A stretch of DNA of 63,995 nucleotides, counting the filler, from Dirinaria sp. TL-2023a (Eukaryota), in assembly GCA_051941275.1 (NCBI GenBank). It is 3 parts of 3 records of this genome, joined end to end, with 100 filler letters (N's around TTAATTAATTAA, not from the genome) between each part and the next. Parts side by side here need not be neighbours in the genome. Positions count along the whole stretch, not along the records: positions 1 to 22,070 come from JAVEBF010000237.1; 2 more parts are not named here. One strand, given 5' to 3'. Of the stretch, positions 1 to 11,599 are shown piece by piece; position 1 is the stretch's first letter, and the number at the start of each line of letters is the position of its first letter. The notes under the pieces were generated by a model. That model was not told the origin of the DNA, ran no database searches, and saw nothing but the letters and a program-made list of their open reading frames with translations. The translations under genes and the position numbers were made by a program.

Positions 1-627
1 GGATTGAACAGTGGCCGCCGATTGTGCAGTGCCCGGTGCAGCAGCAGGCTCCGCCTTCTTGCTCGCGCGGCTTCGAGTCGCTGCAGCCTTCAGGTTCTGC
101 ATGAGGCGTTCCAATGTCTCCCAATTGACCTCGAGCGTGTCCCGCGCCCAGTACGTTGTCGTGTCCGTGAGCCGGACTTGCGTGTGGGCCTCGTCTAAAA
201 TGGCCCGCTGGACGTGCTCGCTCAGACCCATGCGCGCCAGAGCCTCGGCAGGCGGCATCTGATTGTAGTGGCCTGCGCCCAGGCAATCGGCTTTCATGTA
301 GTCGATGAGTTCGTCTGGGTTGTTTTCCTTGTCTGGACGACCGTGCCAACGGGTGTAGATGCTCTGGGCCGTCGAAGCGTTGAATCCACAGAACTCGACG
401 GCGGCGGCGCTGTTGATGTCAGTTGGTAGATCAAACTTAGCTCCCCAAACAGTGGCAGGGTGGTAGCGGACAAAAGCACTTGATGCCGAGGAGCTGGTTG
501 TAGAGGACGCTCCGCTGGAGGGAGGCGAGCTGAGAAGGGCCGCGCTGACTTTACGTTTGCCTCCGGCTACTTTTGGGAGTATGATGCTGTCTGCGACAAG
601 AGCCTTGTGGTCTTCTTCATCGAGCAT
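1..627 (-). CDS. Hypothetical fungal protein, 3' end runs off the window (absent from the ORF track because there is no stop in the window)
   Basis: Manual translation from ATG 627 gives 209 stop-free codons: MLDEEDHKALVADSIILPK...AVEFCGFNASTAQSIYTRWHGRPDKENNPDELIDY...ALARMGLSEHVQRAILDEAHTQVRLTDTTTYWARDTLEVNWETLERL. Globular-protein composition. Confidence 0.7.
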   Translation of the reverse strand, partial: MLDEEDHKALVADSIILPKVAGGKRKVSAALLSSPPSSGASSTTSSSASSAFVRYHPATVWGAKFDLPTDINSAAAVEFCGFNASTAQSIYTRWHGRPDKENNPDELIDYMKADCLGAGHYNQMPPAEALARMGLSEHVQRAILDEAHTQVRLTDTTTYWARDTLEVNWETLERLMQNLKAAATRSRASKKAEPAAAPGTAQSAATVQS

Positions 628-902
628 AAGCTCGGGTCCAGAATAGATATAGCCATATCGAAAGGATTAGATGAGTGAGATAGTGAGGAGAAGATGAAGG
701 GATCGGTAAGGTAATTAGTGAGGTTTATAATGAGGGATATAGTAGAGAATCGATGGAGATAACAGTGAGAGGAGCAGTGAGGTACGTAGATATAGAGGAA
801 ATGGTAACGAGAATTATATGAAGCGGAAGTGTGTAAAAAAATAAATCCTATGGGTAAATCTTCTTCTGAAGGTTATTTAGCTTGCGGATTAGTATATTCT
901 TT

Positions 903-1087
903 GGCACCCACTACCGCCAAACCACCCTACTTTGCTGACACACCACCTTCACTTTGCTGCCCACACCGCCCTGCCCATTCATTGTTTTTCATATATCAGT
1001 GGCTGTCTCGGATTTTTTTCTTTAACATCTTCAACCTATTTTAACGATTTGTCAGTAGAGTAGAGTGGTGTGGCGGCAGTGGGAGCC
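903..1087. mobile_element. MITE (non-autonomous TIR element, probably Mutator-like)
   Basis: 28-bp TIRs: 903-930 GGCACCCACTACCGCCAAACCACCCTAC vs reverse complement of 1060-1087 GGCTCCCACTGCCGCCACACCACTCTAC (24/28). Perfect 8-bp TSD TATTCTTT at 895-902 and 1088-1095. Subterminal TTTGCTG(C/A)CACACCACC-type repeats. Confidence 0.9.
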
Positions 1088-1201
1088 TATTCTTTTAGTT
1101 TGAATACACATAAGAGGTAGCTCGTAACTTTTACCAACTTCTCTTCTGATCAAATTGTGATGGTAGTATGATGGGATGGATTTTTCACTTCACTATCTCT
1201 C

Positions 1202-2390
1202 TCAAGTCAAAACCACAATCTTCCCTCCCGCTCTGTTCTCCTCCTATTTCATTCTCAGAGTCAGCTTCAGTCATTGCGAGCCCAGAATCGGGCAGGAGTG
1301 AAAAGGGGGCGGCAACATACCATAGTCCGATGCGCTTCGACGATATCATCCAACCGAAACACTTTACCCACCGGAACTTTCAGAGTTCCTTGCTCCACCC
1401 ACTGACAGAGCTGCGTCAGCGGCGTCTCCAAAAACTCCGGCACCCCGCCACCGTACACGGTCAATCCCACCGTATGCGGAATCACCTCCATGGGACTGAA
1501 ATCCTCGAGTTTCCATTGATTGCCCACCATGCCCATCATGCACACAAGCCCGCCGGGCTTCGCGCACTTCAAGCTGTCGCCCAACGTGGTAGTCCCGATC
1601 AGCTCGAGGACTTTGTCAAATTTCTGGTCCGGGGCTTGGATTTGAGCGGCGATAGCGCCGTCATCGATGAATACGTCATGCATACCGCTCTCCTTCATCA
1701 TTTTCTCACTGGCGGCTCTGCGCGTCGTGCCCGCGACGTAGATGCCGCCTTTGTTGCGGGCGATGGCTGCGGCGGTGAGGCCGACCGAGGTGGTGCCGCC
1801 TCGGACCAGCAGTCGTTCACCCTGCTGCAGCTTCAGCGCTTTGAACAAGCTGCCCCATGCAGTCTGAAACATCTCGGGCATGGCGCCTAATGTTTCCCAA
1901 GGGAGCTTGGTGTCGATTTTCTGCACGTGGTTGATTGGCACGCAGGTGTACTCCGCGTAGCCGCCGTCGAACATACGGCCCATGCCGCCCATGGCGGAGG
2001 CCACAACTGTGCCCTCAGGAAATGATGGGTGAGGGGAGGCGACGGTGCCGCAGCATCTATGGACGCAGTATTCAGCTTCCGGTGTATGTTCTTACCAATT
2101 CAATAACGCAATTGACAAATATCGTAGCGTGGTGAATGAAAAGGTAATATCCAAGGCGAACTTTCACATAACCACGAGTGAGAGACTTACTCAATCCCTA
2201 GCACCCTCGGAAAAGGCACGCCAGGCGAGAGTCCTTGTCTAGTAAACAGCTCGGAGCGGTTCAACCCGAAAGCATGGATTTTGATCAAGACCTGATCTTT
2301 GGTCGGTGTAGGGATGGGGCGCTCCTCGATTTTCAGAGCTTCGGGCCCGCCAGCCTTGTAGATGACGGCAGCTTTCATGGTTTTGGCCAT
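1202..2390 (-). CDS. MDR-family quinone oxidoreductase-like protein; exons 2390-2191, 2056-1321, 1243-1202
   Basis: [19 protein letters not shown]...[14 protein letters not shown]...RVLGIE (GIE instead of Zn-binding GHE), [18 protein letters not shown] nucleotide-binding motif, C-terminal [17 protein letters not shown] introns restore the frame. Confidence 0.9.
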
Positions 2391-3191
2391 TGTGTGATAA
2401 TAAGAATAAGAGAATGCACTACAACGAAACAGCGATGGGATGGTAGGAGTAGAAAATATGGCAGAGCTTCTTGATGATAAGAGAGGCAAGAATTGCGAGA
2501 GAGACCTGAGCATTCGAGGAGAAAAGATCAAAGACTTGGGGGAAGGATTCGAGGGATCGTTCAGATATTTATGTGCCACCAACCTGGTCACCCCCACTTC
2601 CCCTCTTCCCTTTAAATCTCTATCTTTATGTTGAACGTACGTAGCTTCGATACATGTGAAGCCAAAACAATGCGAGCTCCAACTTCATGGATCGAATCAA
2701 GCAACCCTCGACCCCTTCTCGATGTATCCATGCGCATTAGCTCGCGACCTGGCTTCGGGTTCTAGGAATGCGAGGGCCGTGTTCCGGCCCTAATGCAACC
2801 CTAGCTCGCTCAGACCGTCCGATGTGTTCCATGATTGGACGATGAAGCGTCGGAAGGTAAGGCATTCCTTGACGATAGACTCGTGGAGGATGTTAAACAG
2901 ATCATTCCCTTGGATGGTGTGTAGTCGATTGTGTGGCATGAAGCAACAAGAAAATCAACCATGCAAGTAGAGGTGGAGAAAAAGGTTGCTGCAAACGTTC
3001 TAGAACCGACAACGTAAGATCTAAACGAGTGTGGTGGGTATGTACATGTCTTTAATCGCAGATTCAGGCAATGGCCGAAGATGCATCCCTCCCAATGAAC
3101 GCCTCTTTCTTACGCGATTCTGGCTCGCCATCTCGAGAAAATGATACTCCTAACGACGGACCTATGCGAGCGTTATCGTGACTTCCGCCAT

Positions 3192-6100
3192 CTACTTTCC
3201 ATAGCTTACAGCCCGTCCCAACGGACTCGAGACCTTCGGCACCCACTGCAGACTCTTCCTCCTCGCCATCAGCAATCGTTGCCTCACTCCTTCATCAGGG
3301 TGGTCTTCGATGCGCCCTGAAATCGGGAATAGGAGCTCTTGGGTCTGCTTTGGCGGGCAAGTCTGCTGCACCAATTGCGCCCCTTTGCTCAGATAGTACG
3401 GCGTCGTAGGTGAGAGGGGGGACCCGCCGAAATTCTCATCAGTGACCTCAATGACGGGTGTAGCCGGTGCATGCGGATCAATGGCGAAGGACTCGCGCCG
3501 GGACGCGGGAGTGCTGAACGTGAGAAACTCCTTGGTAGGAGAAAAGTCTACGTTTTGCTTCGCCGGTGTCTCCGCTGGGACGAGGCTGCCGTTCATGTTC
3601 GCTAGCATCCTCGGCTCCATTGACTTGCGACGGCGGTGGCCGCCTCGTGGGATCAATGCGGTGTCGATGGCGTAGTCGGCTTCGTCGAGCCATTTGTTTT
3701 CACGCTCGCAGCTGGATGGCTGTTAGTGCAGTTCATATCCTCGAGGCTGATTGACTTACTCTAACACCCATCCCACGCCAACACAGAAGACCGCACCTCT
3801 GCTCTCGCGGACCTTTTCCATGGTTCGCTTACCACCATCCTTGAACACAACATGGGTAATGCCAACCTTACTGGTGACAGCATCCATTTGAGTTGGAGAA
3901 TCTTCGCCATTGGCGAAGCTCGCAATGCTGTTACGTGGATTCCATGACCATTGCTTAACACACCGTGCGCCCATCTGTGTGAGCAACTCAAGGAAGATAC
4001 CACTTGCATCTTCCCCTTCTGTGGTATGCACATCGACATAGACAATGGCGCCTTTCAGCACCTCTGACGAGCCTTGTTTTCGAACTGTTCGTGGAGTCTC
4101 GATCAGGGAGTCGTCATTGCTCGATCGCGGCTTCACAGGGGAAGTGGGCTTGCTTCGTCTTCCACCTTTCAGAGGCGAAATATTTTCTTGACTCACTTGT
4201 CCTGCAGATGCCAGTGGTCCGGCGATAGATCGGGTTCGCTTACGCGGCACCTTCAAAGGAGAATCTTCGCCAGCAGGGCGTAAAGGGACCTTTGATACCG
4301 TGCAAATCTCTCTTGGTTGTGCATAGAATACCTTGGCCGGTGTGCAAGTTATTGTCCGGTCTTCCGAGGGCGACTGTGGCACGGTCCTCAGTTGATGGTC
4401 CATCGGAACCGCATTTTCATCTCCGTATTCTTCAGATGCCTGAGACTCCTGGCTCGCGTTGATCGCAACTGAGATACTTTCAGCATCTTGCATTTCAACG
4501 TCAACAACACTGTCTTCTCTGGGTTCCACCATCGCCATTTGGTCGTCGAAAAAGGACGATTTAGCTGGAGACTCATGGAATGTCGGGCTAGCGGGGAAAA
4601 GACTTTGCTGCTCGACTTGTTCGCTGCAGCAGCCTTTCTTCTCAGGACTCGATGCAAGCCAAGCACTCATTTGGACTGCGAGCGGTGTCATTGCGACCGA
4701 TTGCCGCTGTAAGTGCTGCTTGTCTGAAGATCGCCTATGACTGACACCAGACTTGTTCGATGTCACTGAACCATAGTCGTGCGGCGAGATGCCATGCATC
4801 TTCAGGGGTGTAGTTAAAATTTTCTTTTGTGGAGAAGCCAGCTCATCTTCCGATTCTGTTTCATCAACTGCGCATTTGAACGCTGATGAGGGCAGAGAAA
4901 ATGCGGGTGCAGAGAAAGAGATCGGGCCCGGCGGAGTTGTACTTCGCTGATCCCGTCCTTCCGTTAATACGGCTTTATTGGCAGTCTGGGCTACCTGACT
5001 CTTCAAAGGAGACATACGGAGGGTCTCTTTTACTGGCGTAGGTGAAGGGCTTCTTGGCTTAAATTCGTCACCGAGAGCCTGATCAAAAGCTTCGGGGCCT
5101 TCGACCACGGACGCCGGTCGCGAAGGCGTGCCAAATCCGTGGAAGACATTCGGACTTACTGCGTTGATCGGGTCAGGGCTCTTATCTTCCGGTGCTGCGG
5201 ATGCATCCACGTCAATGTTCTTGTGGACTTTGGTCAGAGATCCTGGAGAACGAGCCTTACGGAGAGGGTTGCTGGCCGCTTGCTGGGGCGATGAGTCGGT
5301 GTCTACTGAGTTTTCTCCTCGCTTTGGCGAAACTGATTTGTCTTTCAGTGGTCCATTGGCGCTAAGTTTAGAAGGTGATTGCAGCGTGAAAATTTTCATG
5401 GGCGATCCACCAGGCCGCCGAGCCGGAGACTGCAATAGGGAAGATTTCAAAGGCGTCTTTGAAAGTAGGACCGGTTGGCCCAGAGTTACTGGCACTATAC
5501 CTCTTTTGGGGGAATCTTTCATGGTGCTTTTAAGCGGACTTTGAGGAGCAAGAAGCTTAGATCTTGGAGTTGCTTCTCCAGTATGGGCCTTCTTTGGTGG
5601 TGACTTCAGTGCATCCTTGAACGGCGAGGCCGGTGGACGTCGAGCAGGACTCTGCAGGACAGAAGGCCGTTCAGCTTTCGCAGGCGATGATGGCGCTGTT
5701 GAGGTGCCAAAGTCAAGTTTTGACACTTCCTTGCTATAAGCTCGGATAGAGCTGGGCGGCGGTTTCACTGGGGAACGGCTCAGAGCTCGCATGGGCGTCT
5801 TTGCGCCACACAGCTCGTCTTCCGAGCCCACCGAGCTGGACTTGGCGACCTGAACGACCTTCTTTGGTGATAACGGCCGCACCTCTTCCGCTTCCTCTAG
5901 ATGACTGGCCTGTGTGGTTGGTGGAGCAGTCTTCTTGCCGCGGGTCGTCGCCCGAGTTGCAGCTGGCCGGCGGATCGGCTTGGCTCGTAGACCCGTGGCA
6001 GGCTTTGCATCCTTTTGCATCAAGATCGGCACATTCTCCTTGTCTTTCTCAGCCTCATCTTGAAATGTTACTTTCTTCGTGATTCCCGCTGTCTTCGGGT

Positions 6101-6713
6101 TTTTGTTCTTCACCGCGGCTCGTGTAGCAGCAGCAGCAGCTGTTGGATTCTTCGCCGCCGCACGAGATCGCGTTGTCTTCTTGACTTCCTCGAGAACTGC
6201 TTCCTCATGTTCTTTAGTCGCTGCTGGTGCTTCGCTATTGTCCGCTACAACCTTTTTAGGCCGACCACGTGTCTTGGGAGCCGCTGGAGTTTCAGTCTTT
6301 TCCCCTGCTGCTGCAGCGGCAGCAGTCCTCGCCTGGCGTCCACGGGTCTGCTTGGAGCTCTTCGGCTTCGCGTCAAGATCTTCAGTCGTCTCTGCAGCTT
6401 TATTCGCTCGTCCTCGCGTCTTAGTGGTAGCTGGCTGCTTCGGCGGCTCTTCAACTCCAGTCTCCTTCACTTCCACGGCTGCGGCAGGTTGCAGCTCATC
6501 GTCAGCTCGAGTTTTCCTCTTAGTGACCTTGGGAGCTTCGAGCGGCTTTGGCTTTGGGTTTTTCCCCGCAGCCTTCGCAGAGGGCGTCATGACGTTGATT
6601 GTTTTGCCTTTCGCAGTCGTATCATCTGACGCCTTGGCGCGAGCGCGTGTGACACGTTTTGGAGGTGAGTCGGGCATGTCGGCGGTTTTTTTGCGTTTTT
6701 GTGCAGTAGGCAT
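3192..6713 (-). CDS. BRCT-domain protein with long disordered SP/TP-rich N-terminus; exons 6713-3760, 3711-3192
   Basis: BRCT motifs LKGAIVYVDV...LTQMGARCVKQW...ITHVVFKDGG...VGVGWVL|DCERENKWLDEADY. Donor GTAAGT at 3759, acceptor CAG at 3712. Alternative ATG at 6677. Confidence 0.85.
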
Positions 6714-7062
6714 GATGGAATTAGTCCGGAGAAATTTCTTTTGTAAATAAACTCGCACTGGTTGTTGTTTTGGTTGTTAATGGTGGGTGTTGTTTTGTTT
6801 TGAGCTGATGCGGGGAATTTATGGGAAACCGGAGATCAAAATAAACAAACGTCTTTCCCGGCATAGCAACAGCCACTAGCCAGATTTGGATGAGCCAGCG
6901 CTTGGCGTTCCTTGGACCAATGACATATTCATAACGCTGCTTACTGTGCTTCGTACTCGTACCTCAACCATCACTTTTTGTAGTCTAGATCTTGCCGGTC
7001 TGGGTCTGTAAGATAAGGTAGCCAAGCATTAGAAAGAAATTACTGATATTATCGCCACTAAA

Positions 7063-9638
7063 TCATGAAGCCGGGCTGGGCGGCAGGTCGCCATTCGAAC
7101 TCCAACCATTCGATGTCGCTCCCAGCACATAATCCATAGTGCCGCCGTTAGCGAAGACATCGTCCCACGTCACCCACGGCTTATTCCAATCCTGCCCATT
7201 AACCTTCAAACTCTGCACATAATACGCATTGTCACTGTTGCCGCCGCTCGTCGTGATGTTCAACGTTTTGCCGTTCCCAAGATTGATATCCATACTGAAC
7301 CACGGCGAAGCGATGAGGAAAGTCGTCTGCCCGGTTATGGGGTACAGTCCGATCATGTTCCACAGCAGCCATGTCTGCATTGCACCAGCGTCGCTGTTGC
7401 CAGGGAGGCCCGTGGGCGAAGTGTTGTAGTATGTCTTCGCCACATAGCGCGACCGCTCCACTGAGAGATCTTGTCGGCGGGCAAAGTTGAACAGGTAGGG
7501 TGAAGTAAAGCTGGGCTCGTTACCAGGATTGAAGATCGTGCCGTTGAAGTTCGCTTTCACTGTTTGGTCGAGGAATTTCGAACTGCTTCCGGCAGCCTTG
7601 TTGGGCTGAAATATCGTATCCAATCTGTTGACGAAATTTTGGGCGCCACCGGTGTAGTTGATTAGGGTGTAAATGTCGTGATGCGGGTTGAAGGAGTATT
7701 CCCATGGAGTTGCTTCGTAATAAGCATCGCCCCAGTAGCAGCCAGCACAAGACAGGGGATCTTGGGTTACGAAAGAGCCGTCAGCGTTTCGTGGCACCAC
7801 GAAACCATTGAAGCCTAGCGAAGAAGCGGCTGGGTTCCAGTGATTCCGCCAGTTTCGAGACCTGGTCAGGTACTTGGCGGCATCTGCATTGTTGCCTTGG
7901 CCGCTAGCTACTTGATGTAGGGCGAAATCATTGGCTGAATACTCCACAGCTCGGGACACTGCTCGTGTATACGTCGGGGTGATGTAGCCATACTTCAGCC
8001 AGTCAGGCAGGGCTCCACGTCCCTCCTTATCGGAGGAATCTGGTGCTTCGGGGTCATGATTGTTTGGTGGCTGTACCTCCGCATCCTTTACCATCGCTGA
8101 ATATCCGTCTGCCCAGTTGACAGCTCCACGCACCCCTTTCACATATGCATCAGCAAGAACATTGTCAGCATTAGAGCCGCCTTGACTCCGGCCATTATAA
8201 TTAGAAGACCTTGCATCTGGCATATAGCCATCATGGCGCCATATGTCAATCAGTGACCGGATTTGTTCTTCATAGGCGCCAGGCTGAAGGATCTGCATCA
8301 GAGACGTAGAGCACCGGAAGAGGTCCCAAAGGGTGAATGCATCATCGTACTATTTGGTCAACGAACGCATGCGGAAGCTCGTGAGGCGAAACTTACATAG
8401 GGCTCGGCTGACTGCCAAAGCGGATTTTCGCCTGTCCGATTTGATGGCAGTATATGCATCCCGTACAATGCCGAGTAAAGCAGTTGCAGTGTATTAGTAT
8501 CGGTCTAGACCACAAATCAGCATTAGCCCACGGTAGATGATGCCACTGTCTGACCAAGCTAGTTTGGATTTTGGAGAAAACTTGCGTGTTCCAGTTAGAC
8601 TTGGCGGCGCTGGTGAGGTCCTGGATGCTTTTACCCGAGGGTATCTCCGAATTCACAAATTGGCATGCTTTGGCCGATGAGATCCATGAGATGCCGACCC
8701 TCGATGTCACATCCTTTTGGTTAAAAGCGAATACAGAGCCAACTCTTTCGGTGCCGTCAGCTGAAGTCTGGGAGCCATAGCTCTTCAAGGTGTTCCCGTT
8801 CCCAGAGAAGACCTTGCTTGTCGCTGCGGCGTCAAAATAGCCACAGAAGTAGATGGTCCTATAAGTACTTCACTTAATTAACTTCAATGAAGACTGCAGG
8901 CAAGTACGTACCAGTCCGGAGCTATAGGATGAGCAACTTTAGCCAGGGTATTCATGCAGAAGAAGGGTACGTACCAAGGTTCCAGCCATTATTGTACGTG
9001 CCACTACCTTCGTAATGACCATCCGCGAAGACGCTGATATTACCATGTGTATAGTTCTGACCTAGGCCCAGGCCTCTGAAAGAGGGAAGGACATGGGAAA
9101 CATCGACCACTACGTTTGACGCTGATGCGGAAGGAAAAGAATAACTGTACAATGCGGCGTGATCGGTGGCCGCAAGCTCTACTTTGATACCTGATGACAA
9201 GGAGGCAACATAATACCCTACTTGAGCCTGGTCTGGTGCAGCTCGAGGGCTGGACAGATCAACCAAAGGGTTGGCAATACTACCGGCAACAGGCATTTGA
9301 GACACCACTCCGTACTTCGGCGCCCCTCCAGTGCCAGATTCGTGCATCATTGAGAAACCAGTAACATTGCCAGTAGGGAGATATCCTGAATATGCATCGG
9401 TACCAGTAAAAAGGTCGGGGCCCAGTTTGACCACAGAAAAGGGCGCGCTGACGACACCGGGAAACATGTTCCCCCCATTTTGCGTCCCGAGACTGGTTTC
9501 TGATTAGTTTTGGATTTCGTGCTTCCAGTGCTATACGAACAAGAGCTGGACATATTGGGTGTAATCCGTAGTCTGGGCCAGCGCTCCCCGAGCAATGGCC
9601 GACCCTAACGCAGCTTTAGACACCCTGTGTAAACGCAT
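7063..9638 (-). CDS. Secreted GH92 alpha-1,2-mannosidase, multi-exon, including a 10-nt microexon (8921-8912)
   Basis: Signal-like N-terminus, GTQNGGNMFPG, GFSMMHESGTGG, QGGSNADNV, VSRAVEYSAND, YYEATPWEYSF, NPGNEPSF, GLPGNSDAGAM motifs typical of fungal GH92. Confidence 0.93.
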
Positions 9639-10942
9639 CGCAGTGCTCGAGGGAATCTGACGGTGTCTGGCTTGACAAAGAGGAACCGCATTCGATTATA
9701 AAGTATAGCAGAGCATCTGACGAACACAACCTATTCATGCATAAGGTAAGGAAACCGCCAATCTTACAGCCTCACGTTACCTGACAAATCTAGATCAAAA
9801 ATTCTCCGGCCCTCTGGTATTAAAAACACTTTCTTGGATAGGCTTCTACCTTATGAGCTGGATTGCATCAATAGGGAACCCCACCATCATTCCCAGAAGT
9901 GCCTACCTTAAGCTTCAGCTCGATTACGTGGTGCATTCCCTGTTGAAAATACGCTGAGACATCCGGTTCTCTACCACTCTCAACAATCAAATCGTTGAGG
10001 TGGCAGATTTTTGTTACCCAAATTCTGTAATTTAAAAAGAAAAAACGAGCTTGCAATACGATGAAGCTGTAGTATGACGTGCGTACTCGCAAGGACGCAG
10101 AAAAAGCAGGGCTAGGAAGCTATAGATGCGGCAACGAGCAGCTGGCCGCCGCACAGGTGCCAAAGGTGGGATTATGGCTGCCAGTGTGGAACACACGATG
10201 TGAGATGGATGTGGGTGATTGGTAGAGAATAGGAGGAGGAGAGGAATTAGACAAGAAAGCTCAAGTGGATGTGGTCCACTGACATGCCGGAGCAGAGGCA
10301 TGCAGATAGCAAAGAGGACCAAAAGGGAAACCGTTGGAGATGTCGACATACCGTATACCACCCGTGCCCAACTTTCTGGAGCCGGATCTGTGGCTGTTGA
10401 GCGTGGATGGTTGGCTAACTGAGCTGGGCAAAGGACACTGTTCATCTTCAAAAACACCTGCCATTTGTGTATCTAGCAATTTGTATTTTCTCCAGCATGT
10501 GCAGCATCCGACCAGCATTGCGGGGTGGATGATGAACGTCGTCATGACCTTAGCTGGACCACGAGTCGCAGTCGACGGTATTCATTGGCTCGCATCGACA
10601 TTCATCTTCCAGAATGCCAAGACCTGTCCCCGGCTGCATGCTGCATACAGAGGATTAGGGAGGATCAGGGGCCCGATAGTACCGGTCTTTGGAGCTCCGT
10701 AGTAGGTGTCCAACAAGAGAATTTGGCTGTTTGTTGATGAATGAACACTTCAAAGATGTTGAAAGCCACTAGATTACGGAGGTACTCGGACCGGCCTGGG
10801 AAATCATTGGAAGCTCAGCTCGCGCCAAGCTTCAGTCACGTGATATGATAAGCTTGACGTCAGTCCAGGATGCTGACTCGCTGACTGTCAGATGAACTCA
10901 GATCTGTCGAAATTGCTTTTTAAGGTAATCGATTCTAATGTA

Positions 10943-11599
10943 GGTGACCAAGAGCGCCACACCACCCTAAGTGGGTACTTTGCTGCCACACCACCCTCGT
11001 CACTAGACCTAGTCAGGCCAAAAACCAATGCCTAATCAGGTAACGAACGTCACATGACGTTTGCCAGTGTGTACTCACTACTACCTCTACCTCTCCCTCT
11101 ACACACTTCTTCCTCGCCGTTACGATCACGCAATTAAAGCCTTCTGGAGAGAGTCCGCCCGACTATACGTCACTCGGCCTGCTCATCGATGACATTAACG
11201 AGCACGCGAGGATGCTGAAATATGTCGTGACCAAGCGATGCTCGGATGGCGATCTGAATTCAGTGCGATCGCGATGGCAAGACGCCGCGGAACGAACATC
11301 TTCATCGCGAGGCTTCGAGCATACAATCCAAACTGAGAAGTTGAGGGAAAGAACATGATCATTTGATGATGGAGATATGCCACGCCATTCCCGTTTGCGG
11401 ACCAATTCGAACACTTCGGATGAGACGTGACCCATTTAGTGTCCGAATTTAAAATGCAAACAGGAAGCCGCCTCCAGACATCGAGATACAGTCAGGTTTG
11501 CGATATCTTTATCTGATTAGGCATTAATTCTGCCTACTTAGGGCGAATGAAGAGGGTGGTGTGGCAGCAAATGAAGGTGGTGTGGCAGCAGAAAAAGAC
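10943..11599 (+). mobile_element. Degenerate, internally deleted Mutator-like (MULE) element
   Basis: Imperfect long inverted ends with perfect 20-bp core TTTGCTGCCACACCACCCTC (10979-10998 / 11552-11571) and AATGCCTAATCAG (~11027-11039 / ~11513-11525). Internal broken peptide DYTSLGLLIDDINEHARMLKYVVTKRCS (11161-11244), then frameshifted I*IQCDRDGK (11252-11281), resembling the FAR1/WRKY-like N-terminus of fungal MULE transposases. Confidence 0.75.

Noticed and set aside
903..975. Short spaced repeats as a CRISPR-like array
   Set aside because: No unique spacers, eukaryotic context, and explained as MITE subterminal repeats.
1168..1890. 240-aa plus-strand ORF, and similar ones at 6015-6750 and 51764-52483
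   Set aside because: Antisense shadows of the oxidoreductase, BRCT and NmrA genes, with no independent motifs.
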